The notes beneath the pieces are model-generated. The model saw only the letters and a list, made by a program, of their open reading frames with translations, had not been told where the DNA came from and ran no database searches. Source: a virus. From it: a stretch of 64,000 nt of DNA. Positions 1 to 12,000 of the stretch are shown here, piece after piece. A program made the position numbers and the translations under genes. How positions within the stretch are numbered: the first letter of the stretch is position 1; the number at the start of each line of letters is the position of its first letter. The stretch lies in IMG/VR virus record IMGVR_UViG_3300031519_004372, positions 32,001-96,000 of that record; one strand, written 5' to 3'.

Positions 1-3000
1 CAATTATACTACTGCCGCCAGTTGGTCTTTCGAATACTGAAATATCAACAGTATCTAAAACTTGTCCTGGAACAATTTCTTCTGGGCCTTTTGAAGTAGT
101 AGGTGTTACAAAGCCGTCACCATCAATCGTAATATCCTCTGCTTTTAAACCTGTAGCAGTAGTGTAAGCAATGTTGCCGCCTTCAATTGTAGTATCATAG
201 CTTTCTGGATCATTAATAAAGCTACCATCACTAGTAGTTTTTCTAATAATAATAATATCTGTAGAACTTACGCTCTCGTCAATGCCAAGCCCGTCGCCAT
301 CAAGGAATATAGTAGTTGTTGTTCCGTTACCTGTAATACTTTGACAGATTGCATTTGGGTTTGTTTGACTACTTGGATAATTAGGATCATCAATTCTTAC
401 ACCATTTTTATAGATGTTGTAAACTATGCCGTTTTCTAATGCCTTACTTAGTGTAATACTACTAGTAGAACCATCTAACTTAAATACTTCATCTTCATAA
501 GTTGTATCATATGTATCCCACGAGTCGGTATACCAAGGTAGGGCGTCCCAACCAGTAGTGCCACCAAATTCAAAACTCTTAACTTCAACTCCGCCATAAT
601 CAATTCCGTCCATTAATTGTGATAAATCTTTACCAAATTTTCCTGACTGTGTATCATAGAATAAATTAATTCTATCTGCAGCAGTTAATAATTCTACTGG
701 TTTCTTATACGTAATTGATATTAACTGGCCAAATTTTGGAGGAACTGTAAACGTAACCCTTCCTGAATATCTATCATACCCCTTTGTAACATCTTTAATA
801 TTTGTGTAAGTATATTCACTTTGTAAAGCAAGTTCGCCACCAATATTAATTTCTATTGTATTAGTTCTTAGATCCATTGGAAATATAAGATCAAAAATAA
901 ATTTATTTCCAGTACCAGTAAACGTTTCAACTTCAGTAAGTTTAGTTATTACAAATGAACCTGATACTCTATCAAATTTAATTGTTGAATGCATTCCTCT
1001 TACTAATCCATTACCAATATATGCTATTAACTTAGCTTGAGTACCACCTTCGGACATAGAACCATTAATTTCTACTATTGGTGGATTCAAATATCCACTT
1101 CCTGAAGAAACTAATTCTATTGATTCTATTTTACCGCCACGTCCTAATTTTGCAATTGCCTTTGCTCCAGAACCAGTGTCAGTTGAACTTTGATCTTGTC
1201 CTACAAAACTAATAATTGGAGGCTGCGTATATCCGCTTCCTGCATCTGCTATTACAATTGATTTAACTTGGTACGCTATATTATCAAGCCAATTTTTATT
1301 TGGATAAGTGGTTAAGTCTGCATTTGTTCCTACAATAACATTATCTATAACTTTTACGTTCTGAGGGGTTATAGATTTAGTAATATCATTCCATCTCGGA
1401 GGAAGATCAAAATCAGTAACTAAGTTGCCAGAAACATTTAAATAATTATAATCACTTATATATTCGCGTAGTTTAGATTTAAAAGGTTTAACTTCTTTTA
1501 AATATTCTTCGTAACTTGGCAAGTTATCATTTTGGAATGTAATTTTTTTAGATAAATCACCAACGTTATGTTTTGCTTTTATAAAACTAGTTTTAAATGC
1601 CCAATCAACTAACTTTTGTTCCGAAAATACATATTTTAAACTTGATAAGAATAAATTATTATACTCAATTGCTAATTCATCAACAAATAAATTATCTCTT
1701 AATGCTTTAAGAATTATTCTTGATTCTTGTACAGGTTGTGAATCATATACCTTTATATCATAACTTATACTATCAAAGCCTGAACTTATTCCTGCATTAT
1801 ATAAAGTTGGTAAAAACTTAATTGTTCCGTTTTGTCTACCAACTGTTTTATAACTTATTGTATAATCTATTGACGAAGAATTATCAATCTTTTCTAACAA
1901 CAGCCAACCGCCAGTTCCAACATTTGAAATTTTAATTATGTCACCTGTAGTATCATCTAGTGACTCTAGTTGATAAGTTGAATCAATTAAATGATCAATC
2001 TCAGTAAAGATATTATAACCTTCATCATACCAATCTATGTAATTCCAAAACAATGAAGTATCATACGACTGACTTAATTTTCTTGTCCATTCAGTATTTT
2101 TAATATTTCTTTCATATAAGGCCCATTTACCTTGTATAGTAGAATCACTTTTTACAAGAGCAGTAAAGCGTCTAACAAATAACGTAGTATACTGCTCTGA
2201 GTATCCACTTCCTTGATTAGTAACTGTAGCTGATATTACTGAACCTACACTGTTTAGTGTTAACGCTATAGCGGCAGGAGTTTCATTTGATCCATAAATT
2301 TGTACATTAGGAACAACTTTATATCCTCTGCCTGGATCTGTTATTGTAACTCTAACTATTTTACCATCAACAAATACTGGAGTAAGTGTTGCCTGGGATA
2401 CTTTAGCAGATCCAACAAATGATAAATCTTGGTAAGTATCTACGGTAATATCAAAAGAACTAGACGTACTAACTGGTATTTCCTGTTTAGAAAGTAACGG
2501 AGTAATAATTTTATCATCAATAATTAGATTCTTTAATAATACACCATTTACTCTATCAATAACTTGTTTAAAGGCTTCGTTTTTATTTACAAACCAAGAT
2601 TGTCTAGGATTGTTTAAAATTCCATATCTTTCTTTAACTGATAGATTAGGATCAGGAACTGTCCGTCCAGCAGTGTCATATCCAATTAAACTATCAAACC
2701 ATTTTCTTTCAATATCATAATTAGGTTTGCTTGTATCTAATCCAGCTGTAAATAATTGGTATTGGTTATGAATATTAATATTCTGATTTTCTATTTTCCA
2801 ATACTGAGTGCTAAGAGCAACATCAGTATCTTTAAGTAAACTTTCGCAATTATGTAAAACAAAACTAGTTGGAGTTATAAAGTTAACAAACTTATATCCC
2901 ATTCCAGCAGGATTATCAATATAGCGGGCTACATTAAAACTGCTTATAGTTCGATCAGCAACGTCTGGAGTTGTTATTTTACCTTTAACCCAATAAAAAT

Positions 3001-6000
3001 ATTTTAACGAGAATGTTTGTGATATTGAATCGTATATTCTCTTAGAAGCATATACTGTATCATCATATTTTGTAAGTCCGGTTATACCTTCAACTACGCC
3101 GTCATCTGTTATTGCAATTTCATTCCATTCTGATGGAAGTAAAGTAGTTTCAATCCACTCGTATACATCTATAGAATTTCCTGTAAATTGAGTATTCCAA
3201 ATACTAGAACTAAAAATTGTATTATTTTGATACGGATTTAAAAATTTACACGTTGATAAATCCCACCATAAACGACCAACTTGATCTCTGTTCCAAACAT
3301 CTGAATTACTAACAGTTACTTCGTCTGTACCAATAGTATAAATTGCTGGATCATAATGTAACTTATAAGAAAGCTCTTGTTCTGCAATTCCAGCAATTTT
3401 TCCTTGTAGTGGATCTATATAATCAAGATATGTTACTAGTTTATTTTCTTTAGTATCATATAAAAATAATTTTTTAATTTTATTAAGATCAACTGTTTTC
3501 TTAGGATTAGAATGGACTTCCCAAATATTTTTAGTATTTGGTTTTTTATAATCAACAACAGCTCCAACGTTTCCAGCTTCAACTGATTGATTAGGTAATC
3601 CTACATATACATGATCATTGTTTGCATATAAATTTGCACCAAAGTTCTTAGGAACTTCAGTAGAACCATCAGTAATATAACTTAACGTTTGGCCATATAC
3701 TAGCGTATCATCAATATTTTCATATACATAAACTACTCCAGTATCTATGAACGTCTTTGCAAACAATGTAAAATTATTATCAAACGTAGTAGCTAAAGCA
3801 TCAAACGTAGCAGGAGAAACTATATCTGCATTTTTTGATGCTATTGCTAGTATATTATTACTAAACGATAACGTATTTCCAAATAACTCTACAGATTCAT
3901 TAGATCTACTATAAAGTGTTTGTGATAATTCAAAGAATCCAGTAGTTTTACTTTTTACTAAAATAAAAACTCTACCTTGATCATTTGTAACTTTTGTTGG
4001 ATCTTCATCTGTACGCTTTACTTCTGCTTGTGGCTCAGAAATAGCTATCATATTTCCGTCGCTGCTAATATCAATTGATCCGCCCCAATTGGTGTTGTCA
4101 TTCCAAATATCATCTTCATTAACCGGTAAATCTGTTTGGGCAATAGTTTGATGCCTTTGGAAATTTCCGTTATTATTTCTATAAACAACTACTTGTGCCG
4201 GAGTAGTACTATTATTTTCATACTGTGCTAACCCTATTAATACTTCACCGTCTTTAGATACTGCCATTTTGTTAAAATTAAACAAGCTACCTTGATCAAG
4301 AACAGTACTAGGATCAGCACTATCAAATAATGGCAGTATTTCTTTATCATTAGGAATATATCCAATGTAATCTATCGGAGTTGTTTGTTGCGTCCATTCA
4401 GCACCATTAAATATTCCAGGGGAAAGATTTGTATTTGCTTTAAATATACTTCCATTAATATATACAAGGTCATTAGTTTGATAACTTAGAGAATCTGCAA
4501 ATTCTCCTTGGAATTTCTTATCTTTAGATAATTCCCAATTCCATACATTTCCTTCTTCGTCAGTACCGTAATTAACAAAATACACTCTACCCGGTATAAA
4601 AGTACTGTCGTCAAGTGTTGTACCAGATTTTAGAAATTCTCGGTTAGTTTTAAAATTTTGCCCTGCACGAATAAAGAGTTTATATAAATTGTTTAACTTT
4701 GATAGTTTAACATCTGAACCAAAATAAAAGTCATCACCTTGAACACCTGGTCCAATATACGAATTAACATACGAGAATATATTAGATCCTACAGTAGTAT
4801 AAATAGAAAACATTCCTTGATGGAAATGCTGTCCTGGATCAGCTAACTTCACTGCTGGAATATTATATACGTTTATCCAGTCATTATTTGTAACTGATGG
4901 AATATTTGCAGCTACCGGAACGCCTGCAACCGTGTCCGCTTGATAAAACCAATATTCAAAATTGTCAGAAGCACTATTCTCCCAGGTAGTTGGTGTACGA
5001 CCAGTTACTGGTATATTTCTTCCTGCGTCAATTACAAGAAGTTTTCCTATACCTTCTGAATCTAATCCTAAAGATACACCATATATTTCTCCCATTACAC
5101 GATCAACTTGATAAATTGGACTTGGATCTAATGGGTCTCCTAAAAATCTTATTTCAGCATTATTACCAAATATAAAACCTTTAGACCAATTTCCAGTAAC
5201 ATTTTTAACAAATACTACTACGTTTAATGCACTTCTTCGCATATATGTAACTTCGGCTTGTGCTCCTGTTGTTACATCTTCAACAATATCGCCTATTCTA
5301 GGTTCATAAGGTTCACCAAATAAATTAAATTTAGTAAATTTAAATTTTATATATCCGTCCCATAACTCAGTTACAGTTAAAGTTTTAGTAAAATCTGTGT
5401 TTAATAACCCAATTGCTTCAGGATTGTTACCAGTGCCATCATATCTTAATAAAGATGGCATATAACATTTAATTGTATCTGCTGGCGACAATGTATCTGT
5501 AAGAACTTTTGGTGCTCGCATTACAAAAAGACTACTTAGAAACGGATCAGTTGAACCTCCTGCTCCTGGTAGGCCTTGATAACTTAAACTAACGATTTCA
5601 CTAGCTTTAGTATTTTCACTATCTACAGTAGCAGTTTCGTAATCTCTAGAATTATAATAATACTTGTTTGATACTGAACTATCAGTAATTGCATCTTGAT
5701 ATACTAGTCCGTGACCTGCATCCGAAGTAGTTACTGAAGATACTTGATAAGTTACAGGAACTGCTATCATCCAATAACCACCATAGTAACTATCAACATC
5801 AATTGTTTCTGAAGGTGCAGCAGTTGTATATTCTCCAACAAAATCTCCGCCAAATAAGAATAGACTATCAGTTTGAGCAAAAGATCCAGATATGTTGTTA
5901 AGGTAAATTCCAAGACTTCCGTCAACTTCGAATACATATGCAACTGTGCCTGTGCCTGTTTGAGTGCTCACTGTTGAACCAACTGTTGGTTGATTAGTAA

Positions 6001-9000
6001 ACGAATTAATCTTAAAAATTAAATCTACTTTTAATTGAATTGTATGTTCACCAGTAAAGAAACTTGAATTTAACGCTGTCATTCCGCTGCCAGCAAATGG
6101 TTCAAGTGCAGTATATGATGTTTGATTTTGATTAGCTATTGTTTTAGTATTCCACTTTAATTTAATACTATCATTAATATCAATACCAGCGTACATAAAT
6201 TTAGGCGCTCTAACTAATACATGGTTAGTTGTTATATTAGTAAACGGATAATTACCAGTTAGTAATATATTTATTTTTTGAGATTGTTCTGTTATATTAC
6301 CAATTGTTTCACTAGTTTGAACTACACTAGTAAAACTTGAAAACTGTACATTATCAGACTCTGGAATAATTGCTGTTGTAGCTTTCCATAATTTGTTGTT
6401 ATAGGAAATAATATCGTCAGCTACATACGCAGTTGTTTCGTTATAAAATTGTTTATAATTTGTTCTTACTCTACTAGCTGAAGGAGATCCAATAATTAAA
6501 AACTTTCCATCATCTGATAACTCTATACTCTCTCCAAATTTTTGTAAATCAGGAGATGTTAAAGAATGGTATGATTCATTAAATATTTCAGTAGACGTAT
6601 GAGCAACAATAACTCTATAAAAATTATTATTATATTTTACTATGTCGTTAATACTATATAGTAATCCTTCATAAAATCCTTTATAAGAGTCTGCAATACC
6701 GGTAGGAGCAAGTATTGTTTGTGTTAATAGATAGTTGCTATTTGACGAGGATCTTTGGTATACATAAACTTTGCCATCGTCTTCGTGTGGCGAACCAACA
6801 ACTAATGTAGTATTAGATGCATTAGTTGATATTGATGATGCAAAATCTAAACCAGTTAAATCTGTATCACTACTAACTTCTTGTAGCTTTGTAAATGCTT
6901 GTGTATTTTCGTAAACTTTCCAACCGTTACTATCTGCTGAGTCTACCCAAAATTTAGATTTTAAATTTGCTAACTTTTGTGCAACAACGTTTAAGGTAGT
7001 TAATGTGCTTGTTCTAACCGAAACTAGTTTGCTTAATCTACCAACACAGGTTTCAATATCTTCTATTGCTTCAGAAGATATAAATGTAATTTTTTCTAAA
7101 CTTATAGATTTAACTTTAAAAAATGCACCAATATTTGCTTTAGAAGTTTGAGCACTTGCAAATGAACTATCTTCAGTACTTAATGTTGTAGAAAGTAAAT
7201 CATATACGCCAAATATTTCGCCAGGTAAAATATTCTGTGGTGTTGAAGTTAATACTACTGTAAACTCAGTTTCTCCACCAACAACACTTTCAATATTAAA
7301 ATTAGTATCGTCGTGTCTATAAATATTCCAAGTTAATTTATCATTGCCTACCCATATAAGATTTCCTCGGTTACACAAAGAAAAGTCAATATTTAATATT
7401 GCATCATAATCTTTAACAACAAAGTTTACATCTTCTTGGTTAACATATCCGCTGTCTTGAACATATCCCTGCTCAGGAGCAATATATTTTTCAGGAAACG
7501 GAGCATGAGTATATTTTTTTGGTTTTAAATAAGTTTCGTATGGCTGGATTCTATATATTAAATCTGTTTCTTCTCCAGTTACGCTTTTTACTAATTCTAT
7601 TGGTTGGGGTGAAAGTCTAAATTTTGTTTCATCTAGTTTGTATTCAACTTCGTCAAATCCATCAGAAGCGCCATATTGTCCACTTTTAATTGCCCATTCT
7701 TCATAGAATTCTAAACTATCTTTATCAGCATTTCCTAATACATCAAACAACTTTGTTAACGCATTTTGAGTTCCTTTATCTTGGATAAATCCTTGATAGA
7801 ACTTATATTGGCTAACATCGTCATTAATAATATTTTCTAAATATTTTCTTTTCTGATAACCAATTAAGTGTTGTGCCATCCTCTGTTGTTCTGCATCAAA
7901 ATTATCACTGTCTAAATCATAAAAGTCTGCAAACTGGTTAGTTTTATATTCAAAGTTTGGTGTTAGTCCCGGAGTTGGTTTTTCATCTAATCGATTCCAA
8001 AAAGATGGATTAAACGTTTGTGTTCCAGGAACTTTTTGACTTGCAGTGTAATAAAATTCTTTTTGTTTAATAATATCACCAATAAAATAATCCTTGTTTG
8101 ATTCCCAATTAGTTATTTTAGCCTGATCGTAAACAAATCCTTCAATGTTAAGACTGCCGTCCCAGTTTGCTGTTCTGTACCCAAGGACTTTTATTCGTTC
8201 TTGTCTATACCCAGGCTCTAGGTCATATATAGTATCATTAAATACTGTTTTATTATCCAACAATACTACATGTTCTTTTTGTACTAACGGTAATTTTATT
8301 GCATATATACCATCAGCAGTGTTCTTAGGCGTTAATATAAATTCATTCGGGTCTTGTCTATTAAGCTGAACAAAATCTTCTGTTAACTTTTTGCCGTCAA
8401 CTTTAACAAGTGTGTATCCGTAAAATGTATCAAAAATATTATCAACAACACTATAATCAGATTTAAATTTTAATTGCGAAGCACCCGGACTTACACTTAT
8501 TAAAGTACCGCTGGCCCAATTATGTAATGTCCAATATGCAAACTCTTTTGCCGATGTTTGCCAATCGTCTACTACGCCTTCTTCTTCTCTATAGTTATCA
8601 AAAACAAATCCAACAGACTCTAAATATTTTCCGTATCCTTGTAAGAAGTCGGTTACTTCTTCAATAGTTTTTAAAATAGTACCATATGGAAGTTCTAAAG
8701 GAGCATACGTTGCATACTCTTTTCTTAATGTTATTTCTCTGCCGCCTCTAATCGGTAATGACGGTAACCTTGCAAAATTATCTAAATTAAACACATCAGC
8801 AGTATGAGATTTTGTTACTCTATAAAACTGTCCACTGTTTTGAACTACTACTCCTGTTGAATACGTTCTTCCTGCTTCAAACTCTATATAAGGATCCGAG
8901 GCGCCGCCAATAGTAACAACAATATCTTTATCTCTAGGAAGTACTGGAAAATATTTAAATATCGGTGATGTGTTATCATAACCTTTAATTTTATAACCAT

Positions 9001-12000
9001 TTGACTTTCTTTCAATCATTACTCCGCTATAAGAAATTGTTTTTACCGGAGAACTTTTATTAAGGAAGATGCTATAATTTTCTTCTGGAACAAATACATT
9101 TCCTTCATTAAGAGGCGTTCTACTATCTAAAATTAATTTAAATTTATTCTTATCAGTATACCCAGCAATTTTAAATCCTATTTGATTTGTAATTGAAGTT
9201 AAGTCTAGTTTATATTTAGAATATCCTAAAACAACGTTAGATGCCATATAACCTGCAACATAATTTATTAACCCAGAAGTATAAACTTGAGTAGAATCTA
9301 AATGGGTATTAGGAAAAATTAAACTCTTTAATTTAATTTGATTATTATCAGCTTTGTATATAATTTGTTTTGTTAAAGTTCTAACTTGATTAACTCTATC
9401 AAATCCAGTAGCTAACACTTTAGACGGTTGATTTAATGTCCAGCTTGTAATTAAAGAAAAAGGATATTCACTACTTCGGCGCCAGGCAGTTTCAACAGGT
9501 GAATAATCACCAAATTTAAATGAATCATTTAACTCACCCGAGTTAAAATTTTGGGCATATCCTGAATCATTTGGACTTAACAAAGTACCATTTTCGTCAA
9601 CTGGAATGTGTGTTAATAATGTTGCCCTTTTATAATTATTTAAAATCTTAATCTTTTCGCCTGGGGCTCTAACAACACCGTTTTGCAAATCCGTCCATAG
9701 AATTAAATTGTCTTTTGTATATGGCGCAGGACCGTACTGTGTGTCCCACCAATTAGGTTTAATCGTAAATCCTATCATTTCCCAGGGGTGTGTATGAGGA
9801 CGATCTGTGTCGTATGCTTGTTGATACACTGCTCTCCAAAATCCCGGAAGTGTATTTCCGTTAGGCGATGACATTGTAGAATAATTAAATGTCCAAGAAT
9901 TTAATCTATCATAATAAGAATTTTCAGTATAGTCAGTATCAACTAAGGAAGACCACTGTATAAAATCAGCCAACATAGGTGAATCTACAGCTGACTTATT
10001 AAAATCAGTAGTTCTAAATTCGCCGCCTTTGAAGCTATCTATATCAAATAACGAAGTGTCATATTTAATTTTTAAATTATTATAAATTCTCTTTTCTAAC
10101 TCTAATAATAGATTATCTCTAAAATCATTAAATGCTTTTATAATACTACCATCATGTCCTTGAATTACATTTACTGGTGTTTGGTAAGTATTATCATTAT
10201 ACAAACTTGGAACAAAAGAAGGATATAAGCCTAACTTTGTAGGAGTAGGTGGTACATAACTTCCGTTTGTAGTTTCGTATTCGTAAATATCAAGTAAGTC
10301 ACCTTTAGTTTTAGTTTTTGTAACATTACAAAACCCTTCACTATTAAATGTATAATCTTTACCGTGAACTAACTGCATATCATTTAGATACACTTGCACA
10401 GAATTTCTACTTGGAACATCTAAACTAAACACTTTTGCTATAGCAAAATATTGCTGAGTATTATCGTCTACTATATGCGAAGTTCTTTTTACAGATCCTT
10501 GAGGAACCATATCTGAGAAAAAGAAGGGCATTGAGTTTATTTTATCTTTATTTATTTCTGCTAAGATTCTATCAACGTGCTCTTTAACCGGTCCTTCCCA
10601 ACCTAAGTCATTTGCTGTTTGCAGGAATAATCTTTTAAATTTCCCATACTCTCTTCGTGCATATCTAATTGAGGATATTATATTAGAATCTTGATCTAAT
10701 ATACTATACATTGCTAAATTTAATGGAGAACTATGCTTAACAAATCTATTACCAAATTTTGTTATATCTCCTAAATCTCTTAAATTTCCTACACCTGGAA
10801 ACTTTCCTGAAAAATTAGATAAGTTTTCAACTATACTGGTTACGTGATTGTTTACTTCTCCTAATGTAAATTCATTAACATTATCGTTTAATGGATTTCT
10901 CTCTAAATTACTTGGAAAATCATAGTATCCGTTATCATTTTTACTAGCAACAGAAGTTGTTTTAATTATAATGTTGTCACCATCTGTTAATCCAGTTAAT
11001 GAAGTAAATGCTGGTTTTAAAAATGTAACTGTAGTTAAATTATTAGGAGATATTCCTAATGTGTAATCAACATCTTTAAATTTTAATACGTTATTTAAAA
11101 ACACCGTTACGTTTAAATCTGCAAGAGCAGCACTATTTTCATAAACATCAATATCAAATATATTAGTAGTATTATCAAACACGTAATTTCTTATTACAGG
11201 CTGTGTACTATCAGTTGGTGCTTTAATCCAACCATTTGTATTTGTATATGTAGATATACTTGAATACGTTCTAAGAAATCCTACATCTGTATTTTTGTAG
11301 TATAATTCTTCAATATTACGATATTCAAAATAGTCATTTAACAAATTAAAATTAAATGTAATATCGCCTACGTTTGTTATTGTTCTGTATGAAAGAGGAA
11401 TTCCAACTTCAGTATCTACTGAGCCTGTTCCTTCTTTATAACTAAAAAGTTTATTACCTTTAAAAGTTGTTGAATCATAAATTGTAGCATCGCTATAACT
11501 ATTGTTATTTTCGTCAAATAATTCAAACAACGGAGGTTGGTTTACTTTAGTTTTTGTTTGTGCTACTTTCCAAGATGTTCCGTTGTAATAATACATTAAT
11601 CCTTTGTATGTATTACCGTCTGTAATTAACACTACTTCGTTAGTTACTGGTATTGAGTCAGTAACGTCAATTAATGAAATCTGTTTAATAGTTTGATCAA
11701 CTTCAATTCCGGGGCCATCAAAATTAAAGAACTTAACTTGAAATATTCTTCCGTTAACTAGCTTATCAGTATCTGCTGTAAATAAAATACGCATTCCGTC
11801 AATTAAATCTATGCCATCAATATTGTAACCTGTGCTACCTTCAATAGTAGAAAATACATCTTTTGTATAGGTATCTAATAAATTAACATTTTGTTTAATA
11901 CTAGTACCAAAGTTAAATAGCTTTATGCCCTTTTCAAATTCAATTATTGGACGTTTAGCTCTTGCAGATTCGTCTACATTAATAGGTTGCTCGTTTAATA

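Noticed and set aside
4990-8369. Short plus-strand ORFs 4990-5175 and 8145-8369
   Set aside because: Antisense shadows of the giant minus-strand ORF; no RBS or recognisable motifs.
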